This document shows positions 1-11,395 of a stretch of DNA of 64,000 nucleotides, piece after piece; position 1 is the first letter of the stretch, and the number at the start of each line of letters is the position of its first letter. Source of the stretch: Eledone cirrhosa (taxonomy: Eukaryota); the NCBI GenBank assembly GCA_964016885.1, contig OZ024747.1, forward strand, positions 13,764,001-13,828,000, read 5' to 3'. The position numbers and the translations under genes were made by a program. The notes below the pieces were generated by a model that worked only from the letters and a program-made list of their open reading frames with translations, made no database searches and was not told the DNA's origin.

Positions 1-197
1 ATATGAAAATGTATACTAAACACAACTTGGTTGATTATGGAAGATGGACATTAAACGATGATGATGATGATGATGATGATATATATGTGTGTGTGTGTGT
101 GTGTGTGTATGTAAAAGGAAAACATAAATATCAACACTATCGGTACAGTATATGGAAGGAATATATTAGATTAATGCTTGAAATAGCAGGAAGAAGG

Positions 198-233
198 TCT
201 TAACGTTTCAGACACTAGTACTTCATCAGAAGA
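198..233 (-). other. Degenerate minimal hammerhead-ribozyme-like motif (possible Penelope-like element remnant)
   Basis: Minus strand TCTT-CTGATGA-AGTACTAGTGTCT-GAAA-CGTT-AAGA. A related fragment ACGTTAAGACCTTCTTCCT occurs in the opposite orientation at about 981-1000. Confidence 0.45.
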
Positions 234-370
234 AAGAATGAGAAATAAGATAGATTGAAGGGACATGTATGTATATATTTGTGTGTGTGTGTATCTCTGA
301 TTCTGTTATAAATAGGTTTGTTTGTAAATGTTTACATTTATCTAAAAACTTTCCATCATAATTTTATATG

Positions 371-660
371 AGTTCAATTCTCAGACCGGGTGATGTGTTG
401 TTTCCTTGAGCAAGACACTTTATTTCACATTGCTCCAGTTTACTCAGCTGTAGAAATGAGATGATAGGGACTGGGGTCCATATCATTCCACTGCAAAGTG
501 GTCGTGGAGGTGCCATGGCAAAAAAGCACCCAGCACTCACTGTAAATGAGGTTGGTGTTAGGAAGGGAATCCAGCTGTAGAAATCAAGCCAAAATCAGTT
601 CCCGTCCCACCCTTGCAAGCAGGGAAAAAGCGGACGTAAAATGAAATGATGATGATGATG
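371..660 (+). mobile_element. tRNA-derived CORE-type SINE (5'-truncated) with (GAT)n tail
   Basis: B-box remnant GAGTTCAATTC, CORE-like TCCTTGAGCAAGACACTTTATTTCACATTGCTCCAG, 3' part GTTAGGAAGGGAATCCAGC...GGACGTAAAATG-(GAT)n. Near-identical inverted copy at 54108-54450. Confidence 0.75.
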
Positions 661-2467
661 AATCTTTCAGTAATGCTCCAGACAGTAGCTTCATAATGAA
701 AAAATGAGGTATTTTACCAAATTCTTCCAAGTTTTTGATTACTTTCAAAATTATGTGAAATTTATAGGCAATATCTTCATTAGATATATGGTAATGAATG
801 GGTTAAATTCTTGCACAATATTGTTACCTCTATTTTCTTTATGCCAGAAGATAGAAAGAAGTGAATTACACAAGACAGTCACTGCTGGGGTAAAAATATC
901 CTTGAAGATCTTTACATTAATGAATAGGAATTGAAAACTTAAGTTATCTATCAATTTTTCTCTGAGAAATTACTTTTGAGACGTTAAGACCTTCTTCCTG
1001 AATGTGTGACACATTCTTGTTTAGTCCTGGTCAGCTCTTGACCAGACCTAAATACTAAGCAACTGATGGCTCATCAAGTCTGGCTTTAAATGGAAGGCAC
1101 AATAATATTTACCACTATCCAAGACATTTAACTTTTCAATAGTCTAGTATGCTTAGATACAAAATAAGGTTGGGAGTACTATTCAGCTGTGTCAAAGACC
1201 TGAAAACCTTGCTAGTTTGGGTACAACAATAAAACACTCTGTTGGGCATAGAATCATATGCAAGAAAGATGCAGGCCACCAGCCTATCTGAGCATTCAGT
1301 AGAATGCAGAAATGCATTTGAGATGCAGGCCCTACTTTCCCTGGCCCATCTAAGAGATCAGTAGCTTTATTTGAGTACCAACTTAGTCTGTTGATAACCT
1401 GTCCAAACCTTGCTTGCATGAAAAGTGGATGTTAAATGATGATGATGATGATGACAGTCTATTGCTGGTTTAGCAGAATGGAAGTGGTGTAGTGCCATTG
1501 ATGGAACATAAAATTCTAACTTAAGCCAATTTCTTAAGATTTTGATAAGCTAATAATGTTGCTTAAACATGACATAATTTTGGCAACAGAAAGAATTTGA
1601 AGATATAAACACGTACTTGGAACCTAGGAAAAGAATTATGGCAAGCCTTAGTAATGAAGGCAAACAAGGTTTTAAATTATATGGTAGATGTATAATTTCC
1701 CATCAGCAAGTTTTTATCTACTTTTCCTTTTTATTTTCTGTAAAGATTGAGTATGTGTAGAAGCCAATCATATTAAGTACCTTCCCCTGTCACTATGACC
1801 TTAACTGCTTGTTTAATATCTATCCAAAATTATTCTTTTGCAATGGTTCTAGTTAAGTAAGTAGCCTGGTTGAAATTTTCTGATTTTATATGGATCATAC
1901 TTTAATGTATGTGGCACATTGGTAGTTGTTAGTGCATTGAATTAAAAATACTTCAGTATTTGTTCCAGCTTTCTGCAGATTAACTTTACTTTTCTTCCTT
2001 TTGGGGTCTATAAATAAAACACCAATCAAGCACTGGGGTTAATTCTTCTTCCTGTCCCATTTCTCTCTGGAAAACATTGACTGTGTTCAGACCTGGTGAG
2101 GATAGACTCTACTAGGTTTAAAACGCCTAAGACATGTTAAACACCATATGTTGCGATGGTGCCCCTACAACACCAGGATGTAAGGGTCCTTTACCTACTC
2201 TAATCTATAGGCTGCCAGAAGAAACATCTCTTCAATTTGGGAGGAATATGTGAATTAATTATACTTTGTTTTATCTATCTCAGAAGGTTGAAAGGCAATT
2301 ACATTGAGAGTATACATGTCTGTGGAATACTCAACCATTTATGTTAATTTATGAATTGGACGTTCTATTGTTTGATCAACTGTGTGATTATTGTCGAAAT
2401 AAACAGAGGATCCACCATCATCACCATCATTGTCTTTATCTTCATATTTTCTATATCCATCTGTCTA

Positions 2468-2539
2468 TGTATTATATTTATACACACTTGCTGTATTATA
2501 TTTATACACACTTGCTGTATTATATTTATACACACTTGC
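2468..2539. repeat. 24-bp minisatellite x3
   Basis: TGTATTATATTTATACACACTTGC repeated three times. Confidence 0.9.
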
Positions 2540-2866
2540 TTGTACATACAGGCATAGGTGGAAGATTTTTCTTCCAAAGTATCTTTTCTATTTCCATAAG
2601 AATTATTGGGAAATGGTTTCAAATTAGACCACTTTAAAAATGTTCTTTATATCTAATGAAAAAATATATGCCACAAAAAATGGTCAGGTTTCCTTATTCT
2701 CCTACCATAAAACACCGCCATCTTATTTTGACAAGTTTCTTCTTTTCTCTGCTACAAACCATTGCCTTTTTTTTTTTTGCCCATTTCCTCTGTGCAAAGC
2801 TGATTGTTAATAAATGCATAAATGCTCACATTTCTGTATTTGAAGCCTCATGATAGGTATATATAT

Positions 2867-2918
2867 ATTAAAAGAAAAAACTAAGAAAATGAAACATATA
2901 TGTAACATATACACACAC

Positions 2919-2962
<44 letters not shown>

Positions 2963-3006
2963 ATATGTTACATATATGTTTCATTTTCTTAGTTTTTTCT
3001 TTTAAT
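2867..3006. repeat. 140-bp near-perfect palindrome centred on (AT)n
   Basis: 53-bp arm ATTAAAAGAAAAAACTAAGAAAATGAAACATATATGTAACATATACACACACA is exactly complemented on the right. One G/G mismatch (2920/2953). Confidence 0.92.
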
Positions 3007-3210
3007 CTTCCATTACATTTTTTTCTTCATTCACTTTTCTCTCCACTACTCGTGTTAAGGATGTTTTAGGAATTGAATTTCTGCCTTGAAGTGAGTGTGA
3101 CACACACATGCACGCGCGCGCGGGGCTTTATTGCTCGGAATCGCAGATGGATGAGTTTCCTCTACAGTGCCTTTTTGTTGGTCACCAACTATTGGTCTTG
3201 AAGTCATTAC

Positions 3211-3245
<35 letters not shown>

Positions 3246-4083
3246 GCATCACTGTATTTTATATTTCAGCAAGATGAGAGGACTCTGTGTGTGTGCATTA
3301 TGTGTGATATTTAACCTTTGCCAATATGAAAGAGAAAAATATCCGTGTAGTACATATGTATATTTTTGTCTTTTTTTTCTGTTCTTGTTAAAGATGCCAA
3401 GGCATTGAATTCTTGCCTTGTAGTGCTTGTGTTATATATGTGTGTATATATATATATATATAACATGCTTGTGTCATCTCTCTCTCTCTCTCTCTCTCTC
3501 TAGAGAGAGAGAGAGAGAGAGAGAGATACATCCCCAATGCTTGCTAGCAGAGAAAGTGGATGTTAAATGATGATATAAATATGCACACACACACACACAC
3601 ACACACATGCCCAACTCCCACCCACACAGAGGAGGGTTAACTGTGGCATCTGATCTCTATTCCTCTTTTGAAAACTTCATCCACTCATAATAATCATAAA
3701 AAAGAAAAAGTAGTCAAAACTCCTCAATAATTATTTCAGCTAGATGGAAGTTACTGTGAAAGTTCCATCATCTTCTCTCTTACCACTACTTTTAATACTT
3801 TTTCCATTCAACAAATAGGGAGAGCAAAGGTTTTCATATTCATGTCAATGCTATTGAGAGAAATGTGCTCAAAATGAATTTCTGATTCCACTCTCCAGGA
3901 CTAGTTAATTTTTTATCTCTGTATTTTATTTGCTCTTTTACTTGTTTCACTCATTAGAGTGTGACCATGCTGTGGCATCACCACATTGAAAGGATTTAGT
4001 TGATCATATTGACCTCTTGTACTTAATTGTATTGATATTATTTTTGTTGAACCACTGTTACAGGATATAAACAGTAAACATAA

Positions 4084-4118
<35 letters not shown>

Positions 4119-4352
4119 GTAGGCTTCTACATAGTTTCTGTCTCCCAATTTTCACTCAAGGCACTGGCTATAGTAAAGAAGACACTTGCTCAAGGTGCTA
4201 TGCAGTGGGACTGAACCTGAAACCATATGGTTGCAAAACAAAATCATTAACCACACAGCTATGTCTGTTTATACATATATTTAGCACATTTTTCATGGTT
4301 TTGTGAAAGAGCTTTGCATATGACCTTCGATTGACATTTAAAAGAATGTTAA

Positions 4353-4589
4353 CCCTTTCGTTACCATATTTCTAATGAAAGACTCAAATAATTTTGAAAA
4401 TAATCAAGAATTTGGGAGATATTTAGTAATATAATTTTCTCATTATGAAGCTGGTGTTTGGAACAACTCATAAAAGTTTCTTATATTAAATTATAATGAA
4501 ATGTTTTAAATAAATATAAATACTTTAAAATAAGCAACTCTATATCAGAGAACCAGGGACAGTTTCAGGCAGTCTAATATCAAAAAGGG
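4353..4589 (+). mobile_element. piggyBac-type MITE family A (~240 bp)
   Basis: TTAA|CCCTTT...AAAGGG|TTAA ends; internal AAGCTGGTGTTTGGAAC and AGAACCAGG..CAGTTTCAGGCAG motifs. Many degenerate copies (approx. 6540-6742, 15910-16170, 18228-18475, 23530-23715, 35502-35715, 35900-36150, 43465-43670, 45100-45287, 48240-48460). Confidence 0.7.
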
Positions 4590-4739
4590 TTAACGGTGGT
4601 GAAGATTGCATTGATAGCTGGTTGCTATAAAGATGGCATTTTTGTTTCATTTAATTTTCTTTTTTCCTCTGTAATTTCCATCTTAAAGGGGGAAAAAATT
4701 TTATGGAAAAATGCCCAAATATGAAATATTATATAGATA

Positions 4740-5540
4740 CCATCATGTTTTTCTTAATATATTTTGTTCACTTTATTTTTTCTGTTTTTATTGTCTGCTT
4801 TGGTCTTTGTTCATTCCTCTGTATCTTATTTTTGCCTCCACCCTTTCCTAGCTTCTGGTTCATTTCTTTTTGTTTCTTCATTCTAATCTTTGTATATTTG
4901 GCTTTTTTCTTCCAATCTCTATTTTGCTTGTGGATTTTTTTCCCCTGCCTCAGATTTTGCTTTTGGCCTTTCTTGTCTTTTCTGCTTTCCTTATTCTCTT
5001 GGAATGTCTTTGAAACTCTACCTTCAATGTAGCAGCTTGTATACAGGTTCTGTCTGTCTCATATATTCCTTAGTATGGTTTGAACTCAACTAAAATTTAC
5101 TTACTCACTGTTTCACTTTCTTTGCTTCTTCATCTCTCTCTCCGCATCTCTCTCTCCACCTCTATCTCTCTCCATTCTATTTATTTCTCTTTATTCTCTT
5201 CTCTCTCTCTCATCATCCCCATTCTTTCTCTTTGCATTCACTTATTCTTTCTTTCTTTCTTCATCCTCTCTCCTTTCCTCTGCCCTTCTCTTGTTCTCTC
5301 TTGCTCTTTTTTTTGTTTTGTCTTTCTTTATTTCTTCCCCTCTTTCTCTCCCCTTTCTCTTTCTTTTCTCCTCTCTGTCTCTCATTTTCTTCCCTCCGTG
5401 TCTCTCTCTTTTCTTCCTCCCTCTCTCTCCTCGCTCCCCTCCACCATACCTCTTCCCACAGTTCCCCCTGTTCTCTCCTTTATATATCTTAAACAACAGT
5501 TAATTTATATTATTTCATTTCCCTCACACCTTCCCTAGTT
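4740..5540. repeat. Pyrimidine-rich low-complexity tract
   Basis: About 800 bp dominated by T/C; the ORFs over it are F/S/L-rich artefacts. Confidence 0.8.
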
Positions 5541-6118
5541 CCTACTATTCCAGTTGGTGAAACCACACCTGTCTGAAATGTCCATTATTGTTTCTTCTAA
5601 TGAAAGCTCTTCCATTCCCTTCCAGGTATCTTATCATCCTCTGAACCCCAATTGTAAATTGAGATATTGAAGTTAACCAGGTTTTTAAGATTTTTGTTTT
5701 TATTTCATTCTTTTCTTTGGTGGTGGTGGTGGTGGCAACAACACTAACATTTCCTTCTTTTAAATCTCAGACATTCTTATTATTTGTGTACATATATTAC
5801 ATTTAAAATGTATTTGATCTTTAATACTTGGTAGTTTCTAATTAATTTAGAATTTCCATAGGTCAGCTAGTAAGTATATATATATATATATATATATAAT
5901 CAAAGGGGATTGTTTAGCTCAATGATACAGAGCACTCGGCCAGAATTTAAGAGGTACGAAGTTTGATTCTTTGTACCCCTTAAATTCTGGCTCAGTGCTC
6001 TGTATCACTGAGTTTTTTTTCTGTCTATAGGGGTATTTTACCTGATTTTCTAAGCTACTTTTTATAGCTACTGTGTTTGAATTATTTCCTGCTTTTGAGA
6101 TTTCTACATTTTCTAAGA

Positions 6119-6156
<38 letters not shown>

Positions 6157-7067
6157 ATATATATACATACATTATACTATGTTTATCCTATATTTATCTT
6201 GGTTGAATGGTAATTGACTTTTGCCTAGCCAACGGCTAATTCACTTAGCTAGTGGCTTTGATGAAACTCAACTATCAGGCAGCCAAAATACATGTAATAA
6301 ATACACGAAAGCATTAATGTATTCAAAACCACACACATGCATTTGTGTACACATACACAATGTTCATACTTATAATCTATATACACATGTGCATAGTCAA
6401 ACATATAGGCTTTTCCTACAAAAATGCATTGGCATCTTACTAGAATTTATAATACTGATGTTACGTTATATATATACCCCTTCTCTATTGATCTGTGTAT
6501 ATTTTGTTTTTCTGTCTCTCTAGAGCCTCAAAACTTTCTTCTAATAGACTTTTTCTGTCATCCTAGATTTTTAGTACAACTAATGTTTTCATTGTTAAGC
6601 TGGTGTTTTGAACATAACTTAAAAAAGGTTCTTATATAAAATTATGATGGACGGTTTTTAGATAAATATAAAATTTTAAAACAGAAAGTTTTGTATCATA
6701 CAACCAAAGGAAGTTTTAGGCGGTTTGGTACCAGTAGTGTTAAAAATTGTTTCATTAGTTTAAAATAATGTTAGTTTCTAAAAAGGAAGATGGAAATTAT
6801 TTGCTTTTGTCACAACATAAGTAATCGAGAGTTTCATGAAATGTTTTGTGGTATTGTGTTATATCAACCAGGCCATGTTTTAAGATTTAAGCACAGCATA
6901 CAAGGAACTTGTAAAAAAAGAAATTCTTGCAGAATAAAGGATGACAGTTATTTGCAATGCGACTCTATTATTTAGGTTTCAATTCCAATGTCTCAACAGC
7001 TGGTTTGGAAAGTTCTTGGTGCTCATATGATTAAAGCAAAAACTATCACTCATATGTTCCAGAGCTT

Positions 7068-7113
<46 letters not shown>

Positions 7114-9269
7114 ATTGAACAGACAGGCAATCAAGGATTGAGAGGACTCTTCAGTCTGGTCTAGCATGTGGGAACCTCTCTAGTGTCATTATAAAATCCA
7201 CCCAGTGCATCTTGTAAGGGCATCCAGTGCCAACCTATGCAAGATGGGCTGCTCCGCCCTACCTGGTTTCAAGCTGTGGTAGCCCATGTCAGCATGGGAA
7301 GCTTAGCTCTTTGACAAAAAGATAACAGTAAAATAAGTATCAGTTGAGAAAATAAGTTTTGGGGGTCAATATGATCAACTAAATCCCTTCAAGGCAATGC
7401 CCCAGCATGGTTATTTATAATTGGATTGAAACAAGTAAAAGAATAAAAGAATTGCACCAACTAAATCACTTCAATGTGGTGCTCCAGCATGGCCACAGTC
7501 TAATGGTTGAAAGAGTAAAAGAATAAAATAATTGCACGAGAAGAGAAGGGGGGGGGGCATTTATTCCAGCCCTCAGACAATGTTAGACCTGAGAGCTAAA
7601 CAATGTCACCATTGCACTGTCACCACCACCACCTCCACCACCAAGGGTTTCCACTAACATTACTATTTCCACTATTATCATTACCAACCTCTTCTTCTAT
7701 CCACAACTTTTGTTTACTACCATTGCTCTTGTCTGTAATTTACTAAATAATCTTTGCTAACACAGCCACTACTACTGCAAGCCTCACCACCACCACCACT
7801 ACACTTTATCACAAACACAAGTATTAACTTGTCACAAGGGCTGCCAACCTTTAATCTTGATTGTCTCCTTGTTCTATTTTAAAAAAACTGATAATAGTTT
7901 CTGATTTGATCTTCTGGCTTCAACTACAATGTGGAAAAGTTCTTATCCACAATTATATATTTCTTTACTTCTTACATCATCATCATTACTTAATGTCTGC
8001 TTCCTCTGCTAGCAAGGGTTGGACTGGTTTACATAGACCAAGTCAGTATCAAAGTGGGGTTACTGACCTCCCACACAGGCTGGAGGAGGAGGGTTGCATC
8101 TCACATGCGTTCTAGTAAGTGCACAAGAGGGGGTTGTCATGTCTTTTGACACAAACTGAAAGATCCTCCCAACCCCTTGTTTGGAAAGCTTTCTATGGCT
8201 GGATACACTTCCTAACACCAATCACTTTACAGCATGTACTGGGTGCTTTTATTGTGTAGAGCACCAACACTAGGGAGGTTGTCATGTCTTTCACACAACT
8301 GAAGGGTCCTCCCAACCCTTTGTTTGGCAAGCTTTCTATGGCTTGATTCCCTTCTTATCACCAATCATGTTATAGCTTGATACTTTATCACCAACCACCC
8401 TTATGGAGTGTACTGGGTACACTTTGTTGTATTTACATAGAGACACATTTTATTTACAGCAGTGGTGATGGCCAAGGATAAGGTGAAAATGCCTGAGGGG
8501 ACTGTTCAACACACTTTTTAGTTTGATTGGCCATTTTGTCTACTTTAAAAATAATATTCCAAGTATTGATGTGGATTGAAGCATTAAAACTGCTATAGGG
8601 GCTGAAATTTCCTATTATGACAAATCTCATGTTTATTATTAAATTTTGAGGCATGAAAATAACAAATATTTTCAAAAATATATTTCAGAGTTAAATATAT
8701 GTATAAAAAGCTCTTATGAAAAATATTAACAAAAGATCTTTTTATAATACTTACGCACAGTAGGTATCCTTTGATAGTTATATTAGTATTTAAAAAAGAA
8801 ATAATTTACCACTACCACTTGCTAATTCTAGACTAACTGAGTAGATCAGCAAATCTATTTATGACATAGGATTCATAAAAGAATATGGGTATATTAAATT
8901 AGAATGTTTGGAAATAAAGAGAAAAAAATATTTTTGTAAGCGTCCGTTTGGAATTGAATCCAGACACATTGTCCAAGTACATTATGCTAGCTGTCGTTCA
9001 TCAATTTTTAGTTTCATATATAATTGAAACTGCAAATATTGAAAGTTTATACATAGATCATGATAAATGAAGCCTTAGATGTAGAAAGTCAAAGTCAAAC
9101 AATTCTGTTCTACAAATAAAATGCCTTGTCTACCCTTCCTACTTGAAAACAATGGATATTAAACTAATGATGACAGTGTGTCTGTTAATATATGTACATA
9201 CAGGAAAGGAGCCATGAACAATACATCCTGTAGTGTAATATGTTAGCAGTATGTGTGTGCATGCATGTA

Positions 9270-9900
9270 TCATCATCATCATCATCATCATCATCAACGT
9301 TTAACGTCCGTGTTCCACGCTTGCATGGGTTTGGACGGGGGTAGTCCCACTTGAGGCAAGAGTGATTGTCTTGCTCGCATAGGACTGTCTGGCAGGTTTT
9401 CTACAGTTGGATGCCCTTCCTAACACCAACCACATTTACAGTGTGGGTCTGGGAGGTTTTTACCGTGTTGCCTACACGGCCACATTACAGCGTGGACTGT
9501 GTGTTTTTTTGTCGTGACACCTACACGATCTCATTTGTTTCGGCCTGGATGGCGCGGCACCAACATAACTTTACATAGAACGGGGTGGTGTGGATGGGGT
9601 GGGGGTGGTGGCGGGACGGGGTGTAGTTTGTTAGAGATGCCTACTGGCAAGGCGGGTCTTCTCTGTTACTGAGTACCGCCAAAGGTCACGGTCCAGTGAC
9701 ATTGTCTTGGAGAGGTGTAAGTGTGTGAGGTCGGAGTTTATCAGCTCATCCCATGTTTTTCTAGGTCTGCCTATTCCGTGGCTACTGTCTATCTTTATTG
9801 CCCTGCACTTTGTAATACAGCTATCGACTTTCATGCGCATCACGTGTCCATACCAATGCAGCCTTCTCTCGAGTAAACAACATCTGATCCCTCTTATCTC
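9270..9900 (-). mobile_element. RTE-like LINE 3' end (ORF C-terminus + 3'UTR + (GAT)n tail)
   Basis: Minus ORF RRLHWYGHVMRM...GRPRKTW...SLDRDLWR (stop at 9631) runs into a 3'UTR (GTTAGGAAGGGCATCCA...) ending in (GAT)n, read as (CAT)n on + at 9270-9296. Confidence 0.8.
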
Positions 9901-10148
9901 TAATTTTTTTTTATATATATATATATATATATATAACAACTAGAAATTGATTAACATATAAATAAACATATGAAACAATCACGGGGGATCATTTTTACAC
10001 ATGTGTAAGCACACATAGCTAGGTAGGTAACTAAATAAAGTTAACTAGAACTTCAAAAATAGATACCTTATAATATGGCGCATGCCTTTCTGGCATGACA
10101 CCCATAATTTTGATTTAGATTAAATTCACTTTGATTTATCTTAATTTT

Positions 10149-10195
<47 letters not shown>

Positions 10196-10320
10196 CATTA
10201 TCGGAGAAAGCTTTTTAGCGATACTCCGGCCAAATTCCAACTCACTCAACAAACATTAGGAAATAAGTGAGTATATTCCTAATTAAGCGTTCGGGGTGCT
10301 AACTAAATGTATTGCGTGGA

Positions 10321-10367
<47 letters not shown>

Positions 10368-10401
10368 TATATATATACATATTCATATTGTATATATATT
10401 T

Positions 10402-11273
10402 ATCATCATCATCATCATCATCATCATCAACGTTTAACGTCCGTGTTCCACGCTTGCATGGGTTTGGATGGGGGTTTTCCCACTTGAGGCAAGAGTGATT
10501 GTCTTGCTCGCATAGGACTGTCTGGCGGGTTTTCTACAGCTGGATGCCCTTCCTAACACCAACCACATTTACAGTGTGGGGCTGGGAGGTTTTTACCGTG
10601 TTGCCTACACGGCCACATTACAGCGTGGACTGTCTGGCGGGTTTTCTACAGCTGGATGCCCTTGCTAACACCAACCAGATTTACAGTGTGGGGCTGGGAG
10701 GTTTTTACCGTGTTGCCTACACGGCCACATTACAGCGTGGACTGTCTGGCGGGTTTTCTACAGCTGGATGCCCTTGCTAACACCAACCACATTTACAGTG
10801 TGGGGCTGGGAGGTTTTTACCGTGTTGCCTACACGGCCACATTACAGCGTGGACTGTCTGGCGGGTTTTCTACAGCTGGATGCCCTTGCTAACACCAACC
10901 ACATTTACAGTGTGGGGCTGGGAGGTTTTTACCGTGTTGCCTACACGGCCACATTACAGCGTGGACTGTCTGGCGGGTTTTCTACAGCTGGATGCCCTTG
11001 CTAACACCAACCACATTTACAGTGTGGGGCTGGGAGGTTTTTACCGTGTTGCCTACACGGCCACATTACAGCGTGGACTGTCTGGCGGGTTTTCTACAGC
11101 TGGATGCCCTTGCTAACACCAACCACATTTACAGTGTGGGGCTGGGAGGTTTTTACCGTGTTGCCTACACGGCCACATTACAGCGTGGACTGTCTGGCGG
11201 GTTTTCTACAGCTGGATGCCCTTGCTAACACCAACCACATTTACAGTGTGGGGCTGGGAGGTTTTTACCGTGT
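10402..11273 (-). repeat. LINE 3'UTR fragment carrying a 112-bp tandem array (~6.8 copies, 10515-11273)
   Basis: Units start at 10515, 10627, 10739, 10851, 10963, 11075 and 11187 (GGACTGTCTGGCGGG...CATTACAGCGT). The monomer is present at about 9382-9500. Confidence 0.92.
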
Positions 11274-11294
11274 ATTTATGTATATATATATTTA

Positions 11295-11331
<37 letters not shown>

Positions 11332-11356
11332 GTGGAAAATTGATGTTAAACGATGA

Positions 11357-11395
<39 letters not shown>

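Noticed and set aside
2401-2420. GAGGATCCA / GAAGACCCG (also about 30297) as candidate exon-1 EDP motif
   Set aside because: Not followed by FFVV codons or a phase-2 donor.
8764-8772. GTATCCTTT directly after CAGTAG (looks like a U12 donor or hybrid recursive site); also ATATCCTTT at 19869-19877
   Set aside because: No recognisable upstream exon. A rough estimate gives about one RTATCCTTT per strand by chance in 64 kb of this composition.
10515-11273. Regular repeat array resembling CRISPR or a repeat protein (78-aa ORFs)
   Set aside because: Units are contiguous with no unique spacers, the context is eukaryotic, and the unit derives from a LINE 3'UTR.
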